Below, in pieces: positions 13,090-22,982 of a stretch of 64,000 bases of DNA. This DNA is from Felis catus (lineage: Eukaryota). Under the pieces are notes generated by a model. That model was not told the DNA's origin. It was given only the letters and a program-made list of their open reading frames with translations, and searched no databases. The stretch lies in contig NC_058368.1 in NCBI RefSeq assembly GCF_018350175.1, forward strand, positions 24,926,001-24,990,000. The letters are read 5' to 3'. Numbering within the stretch: position 1 is the first letter of the stretch; each line of letters begins with the position of its first letter. Position numbers and translations under genes: made by a program.

Positions 13090-13310
13090 TTTTTTTTATT
13101 TTTTTTTCAACGTTTATTTATTTTTGGGACAGAGAGAGACAGAGCATGAACGGGGGAGGGGCAGAGAGAGAGGGAGACACAGAATCGGAAACAGGCTCCA
13201 GGCTCTGAGCCATCAGCCCAGAGCCCGACGCGGGGCTCGAACTCACGGACCGCGAGATCGTGACCTGGCTGAAGTCGGACGCTTAACCGACTGCGCCACC
13301 CAGGCGCCCC
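13090..13310 (-). mobile_element. SINEC_Fc (youngest type)
   Basis: Perfect TSD AGAAGAGTCTATGTTT at 13074 and 13312. Confidence 0.95.
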
Positions 13311-13619
13311 GAGAAGAGTCTATGTTTAATGACACCCAACTGTGATTTCCATAAAAGTTTATTTATTCTTACTATGCAGATTTTTCATATCAACAGTTTT
13401 CTCTAGCTTTATTCAGAAATAACTGATGTTTAACATCATGTAAGTTTAAGGTGTACAATGTGATGATGTGATACACTTACACATTGTTTAGCTGGAAATT
13501 TAACTGGAAGTTTATATAACCGACACTCCCCCAATTCATTCACCCTCACCCCCCTAGCAACCACCAATATACTTTCTTTTTCTTCACCTACACAGTTTGA
13601 TTCATTTAGTATATGATGA

Positions 13620-13832
13620 TTTTTTTTTTCAACGTTTAGTTATTTTTGGGACAGAGAGAGACAGAGCATGAACGGGGGAGGGGCAGAGAGAGAGGGAGAC
13701 ACAGAATCGGAAACAGGCTCCAGGCTCTGAGCTGTCAGCACAGAGCCCGACGCCGGGCTTGAACTCATGAACCGCGAGATAGTGACCTGGCTGAAGTCGG
13801 ACGCTCAACCGACTGCGCCACCCAGGCGCCCC
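13620..13832 (-). mobile_element. SINEC_Fc, 84 nt upstream of CPB2 exon 10
   Basis: TSD TATGATGATTTTT. Confidence 0.94.
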
Positions 13833-13916
13833 TATGATGATTTTTTAAAAGAAACTTCTACTTGTCCTGCTCCAAAGCTGCGCATTAACTGAAATTTCAT
13901 ATTCTATTGATTTCAG

Positions 13917-14004
13917 TCTCTCGTGGCCAGTGAAGCAGTCCGTGCTATAGAGAATACTAATAGAAATACCAGATATACACATGGCAGTGGTTCAGAAAGT
14001 TTAT
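13917..14004 (+). CDS. CPB2: CPB2 coding exon 10, 88 nt, phase 0-1
   Basis: tttcag|TCT...TTA T|gtaagt; SLVASEAVRAIENTNRNTRYTHGSGSESL(Y), the TAFI dynamic-flap region. Confidence 0.95.
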
Positions 14005-14207
14005 GTAAGTATTTCTTCTTAACATCTTGGAGAACTGTGAGCTACTAAAGAAATCCGTGTGTTTGGTTTTTCTGTGTGGATTTAATTTTTCTAAATGGAA
14101 TCTTTAAACCAGGCCACACGTAAAATAGTTGGATTATGACAATTAGAAATGGAAGCATAATAGCTATGACAGCACTGAGCAAGGCTATATTAATAAATGA
14201 ATACATT

Positions 14208-14438
14208 GGGGCGCCTGGGTGGCTCAGTCGGTTAAGCGGCCGACTTCAGCTCAGGTCACGATCTCGCGGTCCGGGAGTTCGAGCCCCGCGTCGGGCTCTG
14301 GGCTGATAGCTCAGAGCCTGGAGCCTGCTTCCCATTCTGTGTCTCCCTCTCTCTCTGCCCCTCCCCCATTCATGCTCTGTCTCTCTCTGTCTCAAAAATA
14401 AATAAACGTTAAAAAAAATTTTTTTTAAATAAAATAAA
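14208..14438 (+). mobile_element. SINEC_Fc, 203 nt downstream of CPB2 exon 10
   Basis: Full length; TSD AATAAATGAA(T/G)ACA. Confidence 0.94.
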
Positions 14439-14880
14439 AATAAATGAAGACAAAATGGTATTTAAGAAATCGTGTTCATTGCTACAGAGTAGAGATTATA
14501 GAATTGTCATCATAGTAGTTGAGGGAAGGAGGAAAGGTCATAAAGGGTTAAAAGAATGTGTAAGATGCCAATGGCCACCGTGTAAGGTTGCACAGGTTGA
14601 ACACTACACAAATCTGAGGAACACTCTTTACATTAGATGCTTGATAGTGACAGGCGGTGCTCACTAGAGTACATTATAGTTAAATGTCTTTTGCTTGTAT
14701 CACACTGATGATAGCTCATATACGGCAAACTCTTAAGAAATATCTTAAAATTTAATTTCTGCTGGCAGATATTTATTGGGGGACTCCTTTTTACCCACAT
14801 TGGGAAGACAGATAATGATTTTTATCTTTTGAAACTGGAGGGGGAGATGGAGAAAGAGGAAGAGAAAATAAACATGTCAC

Positions 14881-15450
14881 CAGGTGTCCACAAACTGCGA
14901 CCCACAGGTCAAATTCAGCTTACTGCTTGTGAGGCACAGGCCTGTGAGATAAGAACAGTTTTTCCATTTTTTAAATGGTTGAGGGAAAAAAAAACACAAA
15001 ATAGCGAGATTTTGTGACACGTTAAAATTATATGAAATTCAGATTTCAGTATCCAAAAATAAAGTTAAAAAAATTTTTTTTGCACTTATTTATTTTTGAG
15101 AGGCAGAGAGAGACAGAGAGTGAGTGGGGGAGGGGCAGAGAGAGAATGAGACAGAATCCAAAGCAGGCTCCAGGCTCTGAGCTGTCAACACAGAGCTCGA
15201 CGCGGGGCTCGAACCCACAAACTGTGAGATCACGACCTGAGCTGAAGTCGCACGCTTAACCGACTGAGCCACCCAGGCACCCCCCAAAAATAAAGTTTTA
15301 TCTGAACACAGACACACGCATTTATTTATGTATTGTCTATGTTAGCTTTCATGACAGTAGTATCGAATAGTTTTATGACATAATTTGTGGCCCACAAACC
15401 CTAAAGCATTTACTATCCGGTCCTTTACAGGTTAAGTTTGCCAATCTCTG
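14881..15450. mobile_element. hAT-Charlie MITE (MER58B-like) interrupted by a SINE
   Basis: Imperfect TIRs caggtgtccacaaact / agtttgccaatctctg; typical internal motifs. Confidence 0.75.
15068..15284 (-). mobile_element. SINEC_Fc nested in the MER58-like element
   Basis: TSD AAAAATAAAGTT. Confidence 0.92.
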
Positions 15451-16122
15451 ATGTAAACAACTAAATAGTAAAATAGAGTATAACCCCATCGATATGTGAA
15501 GAATATAAAATAGTCTTTAAGCATTTGAGGATGACTGCAGGAGAGAGAGGTTACTTAGCTAAAGTGACCTAGGAAGGTCTCTCTCTGTAGGTGACACTTC
15601 TGGGAGACCTACCTGACAAGTGGCTGCCCAACAATGGTGTCAAGGGAAAACCAAGGAGAGGAAATGGCTTGTGTAAAAGCCCTGAGGCAATATTCAAAAC
15701 CTCAAAGTTTTCTTTAACAGGTATGATCTACGGGAGTAGAAAAATACATTCAGCTTAATAATCACATTCATATGATTTTCAATAAATTGCTTTACCCCTG
15801 GATGTCCTATTAGTAGAAAGTCCAGAATCTTCCTCTTCCTCCTCAACTACCCCTAAAATGTCTCACAACAAAGTGGGGCCAGATTGGTCCACATGGTGTG
15901 TCTGTCTCTTGATGTCACTGGTCCACCGTTACCTTTGCTGACCCAGGTCCTTGCTCTGTTGGAGAGGCACTCCACACCCTCCTTTCACAATTCAGAGCTT
16001 TCTTGATTCCCATTCTCTTCTCTACCGTTGTTCCCCAAAGCATAACCATAGAGCCTCAGGGCTGAAGAGCTTTAAAAGTAACTTTCTGTTGTGGTGAAAT
16101 CAGTCTATCTCTACATACTCTT

Positions 16123-16149
16123 TCATTCATTCATTCATTCATTCATTCA
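16123..16149. repeat. (TTCA)n tetranucleotide repeat
   Basis: Directly visible. Confidence 0.9.
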
Positions 16150-16319
16150 GTATACATCTGTGTGGTTGTGTGCATAAGCATGAGAAAATGGCTAGAAGAA
16201 GAAATGCCAAATATTGATAGTGGTTGTTCTGAATAACTCATTTAATCCACTGCTGATGGATATTTTTCGGTATTATAAACAATGCTTTGGTAAATACCTT
16301 TGTAGTTAATTCAAGTATA

Positions 16320-17950
16320 GGTATAGAAAGAGGCAAAAATGATCACTTTACACGTTACATGATTGTCTACCTGGAAAACAGTTGAAATCAACCAAAAATA
16401 TTAGTAACAATCAAAAGTTGAGTAATGTTTGGGACACCTGGGTGGCTCAGTTGGTTAAGTGTTCTGCTCTTGATTTTGGCTCAGGTCATGATGTCATGGT
16501 CACAAAATTGAGCCCTGAGTGGGGCTCCACGCGGGTGTGGAGCCTGCTTAAGATTCTATCTCTCCCTCTCCTTCTACCACTCCCCTGAGTGCACACACAC
16601 ACTCTGTCTCACAAAACAAAACAAGAACACAAAGTTGAGTAAGGTGGCTGACTATGAACTAACTATACAGAAACCTAAAGCCCTCTTATATAAAAAAATA
16701 ATAATAATCAGGTAGAAAATAAATACCCCTCTATATGTACATACACACACGCACATATATACATACAGATACATACATATATGTGAATTCATTGTTGAAT
16801 GCATATATGTGTCTACACACACAAATAAATCCATATATCTACATGAAAAACCTAGCAAATTTTACTGGTAACCATAAAAGAAAATAAATAAAAGGAGAAA
16901 TGCAGCATGTTTTTGAGTGGGAAGACAATATAAAAATGTGTCAGTTGTGCTAAATTAGTCTGTATATTTAATGCAATCCTAATGAACAGTTAAATGACTT
17001 TGAACTTCATTTGAAAGAATAAAGTTGGTAGATGAGCTCGTAAAATTCTGAAAAATGAGGCTAATAGGAGAATTTGCCCCAACCAGGTATTAAGGCACAT
17101 CATAAACTTGTAGTAATTAAGACTGCGGAACAGAGCCTGGGAGAAACAGATCAACAGAAGGGAGTAGGAAGAACAGAAAGACACTTAAATATATAAGGAC
17201 GTCTAGTATCTCATAAAGGAGGCACTTCTAAGAATGTTATTCAATTAATAGGGTTGGAGAATCTGACAACTTACTTAGAAAAAAAAATTAATTGATTACT
17301 AACATGTCTTTCTCCAAATTACATTCCAGATAAAATATTTTAAGATAAATACTCTGCCATAAACCAAGTCAAAAGCGAAATAAGCAAATAAAAAAAAAGT
17401 TTACAGATTACACAAGGCAAATAACACTAATATTGCTGTTATAAACAATCTATAAAGTGAATCGAGTAGAAAAATAAGCAACATATACACTAGAAAAATC
17501 GAGTAGAAAAATATATAAAGATGGACAATAAATATAGCAAATAAAATGTCCAATTCAGCGGTAATCAAAGAAACAAGGCGATTTTATGGTATTTTTCACC
17601 CATAGAATTGCCAGAAATGCATGATTCCTGTGGATGGTATAGGAAGGGAAGTGGGCATATTCATACCCTGCTAGTGGAGGTATAAATTGGTTCAATTCTT
17701 TTGAAGATTATTTGGCAACATGAAGCATAATTGTAAAAAGTACATACTCTTAGGCTGGTAAATCTGCCTCTAGGAAAGAATATTCCAAAGAAGCAAAGAA
17801 GCAATTAGTGAAAACCAGAAAGTTCATTGTAAAGTTGTTTATATTAATTAGAAATCAGAAAAAAATCTAAAGGTCTCCAAGTAAATAATTACTATATCCA
17901 GCTTTATAGTGTAGTGCTATGAGATCATGAAAAAATGATATTATAGATTT
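16320..17950 (+). mobile_element. Highly decayed L1 (L1ME-like) ORF2 and 3' fragments
   Basis: catgattgtctacctggaaaa, atttaatgcaatcctaat, ctgctagtggaggtataaattgg motifs. Confidence 0.6.
16431..16628 (+). mobile_element. CAN-SINE (older)
   Basis: Head gggacacctgggtggctcag; repeated CAAAGTTGAGTAA flanks. Confidence 0.85.
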
Positions 17951-18003
17951 GAAGTCATTAAGACATAAATATGGTCAGAGAGATCATGTTTAGAAATGTT
18001 ACA

Positions 18004-18194
18004 GGGGCACCTGGGTGGCTCAATCGGCTAAGCGTCTGACTCTTGATTTCAGCTCAGTTCATGATTTTGCAGTTTGTAAGTTGGAGCCCCATGTCTGGCT
18101 CCCCACTGCTGATGGTGTGGAGCCTGCTTGGGATTCTCTCTCTGCTCCTCCCCCACTCTCTCCCTCTCTAAAAATAAATAAACGTAAAAAAAGA
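18004..18194 (+). mobile_element. CAN-SINE (older)
   Basis: TSD AGAAATGTTACA at 17992 and 18195. Confidence 0.88.
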
Positions 18195-18500
18195 AGAAAT
18201 GTTACAACACTTCATGTATAGGATGATCTTATTTACGTAGGAAAAATTATGTTAAAGCATGCACTGAGGGGAAAAAAAGACACTAAAATGTTAATAGTGA
18301 TTACTACTCTTTGGCAGGGTTATGGGTAATTTCTTCCTTAACCTGTTTTTCTTCAGTCTCCATTTTCTACCAGAGACTTAGATTACTTAATAATCAGAAA
18401 AAAAGCAGAGCTATTTTTAATTTTAGGGGGAAAAATTCCATTTTGTTAGTTAACTTGAAACATTGTATTTCAAAAAGTAATTTCTTTTTTCTTCTTGTAG

Positions 18501-18685
18501 ACCTAGCTCCTGGAGGTTCGGATGACTGGATCTATGACTTGGGCATAAAATACTCGTTTACAATTGAACTTCGAGATAAAGGCAAATATGGATTCTTGCT
18601 GCCAGAGCGTTACATCAAACCCACTTGTACAGAAGCTCTTGCTGCTGTCTCTAAGATAGCTGGGCATGTCATCAAGAATGTTTAA
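18501..18685 (+). CDS. CPB2: CPB2 last coding exon 11 to stop TAA
   Basis: cttgtag|AC CTA...; (Y)[60 protein letters not shown]; catalytic Glu in TIELRD and specificity Asp in GSDDW. Confidence 0.97.
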
Positions 18686-18832
18686 TACTCTTGATTTTTC
18701 CACTCTTCTCCCATATTTTAATTTACCGATTCCAACAAGACTAAATCATCGTACCAATTCTTTTTAAAGTTTCATCCGTAGTTTTGAGAAAAGCTTTTTC
18801 CTATTCCTTGGTTTTGTCAAAGAAAAGGCCAA

Positions 18833-18838
18833 AATAAA
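18833..18838 (+). terminator. CPB2: Candidate proximal CPB2 polyadenylation signal AATAAA
   Basis: First canonical AATAAA after the stop codon, about 150 nt downstream. Confidence 0.55.
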
Positions 18839-19263
18839 CGCTACCTTAAAATTAAGGCAGAAAAGTCCTCACATTGCTTTTTTCTTTCTAAAAAATATGT
18901 AAGAGGCTAGATACGATTTTTTTTTCTTTAAGGACGTTTGACCATCGACCTCAAGCAATTTTAATAACTAGTTTTTTGCAGATCATTGGACCACAAAAGG
19001 AAAGGTGGTTAGGACATTAAGGATTTCTGCTCCAAATTTTCAACGAACTGCCTTGCGCCTTTAAAAACACAACCGTGTCTCGTTTGCTCTACAGTAATAA
19101 GCGAAGGCCCAGAAAGCGGAGGAGCGTCAACAACAGTACAAACACCGTCTATCGCCGCTCAGTGCACATTGCTGAGCACGTGAATGAATGGCTGTAGTTA
19201 TTGTCAACAACAAATGTGGCATTTTGTGCATTTACTACAGCTGTTTATTGTAAGACATCATAT

Positions 19264-19269
19264 AATAAA
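19264..19269 (+). terminator. CPB2: Candidate distal CPB2 polyadenylation signal AATAAA
   Basis: Second AATAAA, followed by pyrimidine/T-rich sequence at the edge of the ZC3H13 CpG island. Confidence 0.35.
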
Positions 19270-19299
19270 AGGCGTAAACTCTTTCTCTTAGATTCACTT

Positions 19300-19960
19300 T
19301 TTATTGGCAACTTTGGCTCCCCCCCCCTGGCTCGGGCACGCCTCTCCGGGGGTCTCTCACCAAGCACAGACGTGATGATTTCCCCGGCACTCCTAGGAGC
19401 CGACATTACGCCCGGGGGCGTGTCTCCGAAGGGGCGGTGCCTGCGCGCTGACGACTAATCTGGAGGCCGGAAGCTGCCGCGGTCTAGAGGGGATCAGGAC
19501 AAACACTTGACTTCCGGCGGCGTTTTGAGTCGGTTCTCCTAGCGGCCTGGTAGTGTTTTCGTTTCCTTTTCTTACTCTCCAGTCTCTCTTCGTTCTTTTT
19601 CTTCCTACGTGTCAGTCTCACTTGACCCTGGCGAAGCGGCGGGCGGGTTCTGCTTCTCAGCCACCCCGGGGGCCCGTCGCCAGCGGAGGGCCGGTTCCCG
19701 GGAGTCGCGCGCGCACCTCCTTCTCGTCGTCGTCTTCCCGGGTCCAGGCGCGGGGACAGAGAGTCGCCTCCCCCGCTCCTCGGAGCGGTGGTGGCGGTAG
19801 CGCCTCCCGACTGAGCTTGCGACAGGAGCTCGGGGAGGAGGTAAGCTTGAATTGTGTGAATTGGTGTGGGTCCTGGGGGAAAGGCGTTGGGCGGACCCGA
19901 GATGGGGAGGCCCCGAGTTGTCCTACATCCCCGCTCGGGTCACGTCAGGATTTTTAGCTC
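19300..19960. promoter_or_regulatory. ZC3H13: CpG-island promoter of ZC3H13
   Basis: Sharp rise in GC and CpG; ATTGG (reverse CCAAT) 19303-19307, GC box GGGGCGG 19431-19437, ETS-like CCGGAAG 19467-19473 and ACTTCCGG 19510-19517; E-box CACGTG nearby at 19177-19182. Confidence 0.85.
19500..19840 (+). other. ZC3H13: ZC3H13 first exon (5' UTR); start approximate
   Basis: Strong donor GAG|gtaagc at 19840/19841 inside the CpG island; no ATG within the exon. Confidence 0.75.
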
Positions 19961-21848
19961 TCCTTCAGCATCCCACCCTTGACTGTGCAATAGCTCCTTC
20001 GGCTCAGGCTTCGTTTCTCGCTCTTGTACTGATTCTGGCGAGCTTGTCTACGGAGTCGGGTCTATTCAGACAAAAGGCTGTGCCGGGACACTACGATTTG
20101 TGGGCTTGGGAACCCTTGGCGCAGTATTCGCATTTGTATAAGCTGGAAGCGGGCAGGAATATGGTCTTAGATTTAGAGGCTCCCTCTTACGCATTCCAGA
20201 TCTATTAGGAAAAATTATCTTGCTGTTGGTTGTATTTGGTCTTGCTTATTGCCCGACAGTGGTCATTTAGAGATTCGGGTCCTGGAGGTTGAGGAGTGCT
20301 GCTTTATCTTTACATTCCTAGGTAGTTACTTTTGGCAACCTGTCAGAAACCGGGGAAAGTGGAGCGAAAGGAGAGGGTCTGTTGTTTGGCATGATCTCTT
20401 TCCAAAGCAGGTTAAAATAATTTATGTGGCTGGAAAATTATTCAAAGTTGATATTACTTGAATGATATTGGTAGGGTCTTTTTTTGTGGAGCGTAGCGGC
20501 TTACGCTTTTGGGTTATATTACAAAGTTTTCAGATAATTTGAACCTTTCTGAAAATTATAGACGTATACTGTCTGAGACGTTTTGGGGTTTTTTGAAAAA
20601 AACAATTTTAAAAGTTTGGAAAATATCTTCACACTTCCACTTTTCAAAGACCGTGATACCGTTGCAGTTAATCTAAATGTTTATGGTGCCAGTTAGCGGA
20701 ATCTAGTTCTGTAATATTTGAAATGACTGGCTTTAGTACCTAAGCGACAATATTTTGGAGAGTTTTGTGGATATAATCTGTAGATTTTAATATATTTTCC
20801 AATTCTTACTGAAATGTTAAGATTATATCATGACAATTTAAACAAGAGACTACTAAGAATATTGATGCTGGTATATAGCAGTTTGTGTCTGTAAAAATAG
20901 TTGCACCATGAAACTTAGACTTTTATCGTGTGGATCTGTTACGATCCAGTTTTATCAAATGCATGCCTCTTACTGGCTTCCTAATCATTGCTGATTCGAA
21001 ATGAATGTTGATTGCATATTTAAGATATGCAAATCCAATTTTCATATTAGTAAATTAACACTAAAATCCATAAGTGATGCTATTTCCACTTATGTACAAG
21101 TTATTAGAATTTTTACAAGTTGTCAGTGTTAATTTGTATTACAGTATGCATTGGCAGTTAAATTAGAAAGCAAAATTGTTTAATTTACATTTATTTGAAG
21201 AATTGGTTTTTGGTGGATGTTTCCCCCACTTCCTCCAACCCCACTCTCCATTTCATGTAGAGTTGGAGCTAGTTAGCAACAGTTGAAAATTAACTGGTGT
21301 TGCTGTAGAAACTGTCTTTATACTTTTTTTGGTAGTGTGTATGTTGCAGTTTAATTTACTTCACTTTATCCTAGTTGCCAGCATTGGCTATTCTCTGTGC
21401 ATAGTCTTTTTTAACAAATTATTTTTATTGCACTGTGCTGCAGTATTGCCTTGCTCAAAGAAGTGTAGTCAATTTAGTTCTGTTAGTTTTGTTTGGAATT
21501 CAGTTTGGAATTGTTTTAGTCTATTTACAAGTAACATGCAAGGTTGTTTTAGAAAGTTCTTTTTTAAAAATATTCTCCCAGATTATGCATCAAATACGTT
21601 TCTGAGGTCTGTTTTTTCTTTCAAAAATATGAACTATAAATATGAAGAGACCTTATTTTTAATGTAAGCCTTTTAATTTTAGAACTTCAGTGGGTAGGGG
21701 TTTCTTCTAGTACTGGTTAGTACATTTATGTAGTTTTAATTGTTTAATTATTTGACAGTTTCCTAATATGCCACGACTCATCCAGATTAAAATAATTTAT
21801 GTTTTCGTTTGTGCTAAGGAAAGTTGAGGCCTCAAAAAGATGTAATTA

Positions 21849-22062
21849 GGGGCACCTGGGTGGCTCAGTTGGTTCTGCATCTGACTTCAGCTCAGGTCAT
21901 GATGTCGCAGTTCGTGAGTTTGAGCCCCGCGTCAGGCTCTGTGCCGATAGCTCAGAGCCTAGAGCCTGCTTCTGATTCTGTGTCTCCCTCTCTCTCTGCC
22001 CCCCCCCCCCCCCACCTTGTGCTCTGTCTCTCTCAAAAATAAATAAAAACATTAAAAAAAAG
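21849..22062 (+). mobile_element. SINEC_Fc
   Basis: Full length; TSD AAGATGT(A/C)ATT. Confidence 0.9.
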
Positions 22063-22714
22063 AAGATGTCATTCTGTATTGTAGTGAGGATACTAGAATT
22101 GATACATGTTTTATTGACACAATTTTAGTAATTAGGCTTCAGGAATAATTAATAATTTAAAAAGAGGTTTCTATATGTTTCTCCTTTCTTAGCCATATTT
22201 ATGTAGTATGTAGCTTTGAGTACATTGTCATATTTGTAAGTTTTGGGGGAAGAGGAGGGACAGTTTCCATTTATTAAGACCCTCTTTTGTTATATTTTAA
22301 TAGAGTCAAACTTTGTGTCCCCTGTTTTTCTTTTTTCAGTTGAAAAGATATCATGAAAATTTTGATATTTATTTAGTGTGCAAATAGAGGGGAGAAATAG
22401 GAAAATAACTCAATAGACTTTCACCAGTGTCACCTGGGCTTTGATAATGATGGTGTTTGGGAAAGACTTGATGATGTGGGTGAAAGTGTGATGACAGTTT
22501 GAAATCAAAGAATAATTTGAAAACAAATCTGGGGGGAGAGCTTTTAAAGTCTCTGAGATAGGGAAGACTTTAATATTTACATTTTTAATTTCCTTGTTTC
22601 TAACTTTTCTCATATACTTTGAAGCATTTGCTTATTGAAGCGTGTTCAAATGTTAATTGAAAAAGGTTTTCCCCCCCTCAGTCATATCTATATTTTATTC
22701 TGTTATGGTGGTTT

Positions 22715-22803
22715 TTTTCTTTTTTTTAAAGTTATTTGTTTATTTGAGAGAGAAAGAGAGAGAGGGAGAGGGAGAGAGAAAGGGAGGGAGGGAGGGAGGG
22801 AGG

Positions 22804-22839
<36 letters not shown>

Positions 22840-22982
22840 CAGACACTGCACAGGGGAGGGGCAGAGAGAGAGAGAATTCCAAGCAGGCTCTGCACTGAGC
22901 AAGGCTCGAATTCACAGACGGTAAGATCAGGACCTGAACCGAATCAGGAGTTGGACCCTTAACTGAACCACCCAGGTGCCCC
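22715..22982 (-). mobile_element. CAN-SINE with expanded (GA)n/(GGGA)n
   Basis: Reverse head cccaggtgcccc; degenerate TSD TCTGTT(A/G)TGGT. Confidence 0.85.

Noticed and set aside
18311..18500. N-terminal part of the 124-aa ORF over CPB2 exon 11
   Set aside because: Intronic; the real exon starts at the acceptor at 18501.
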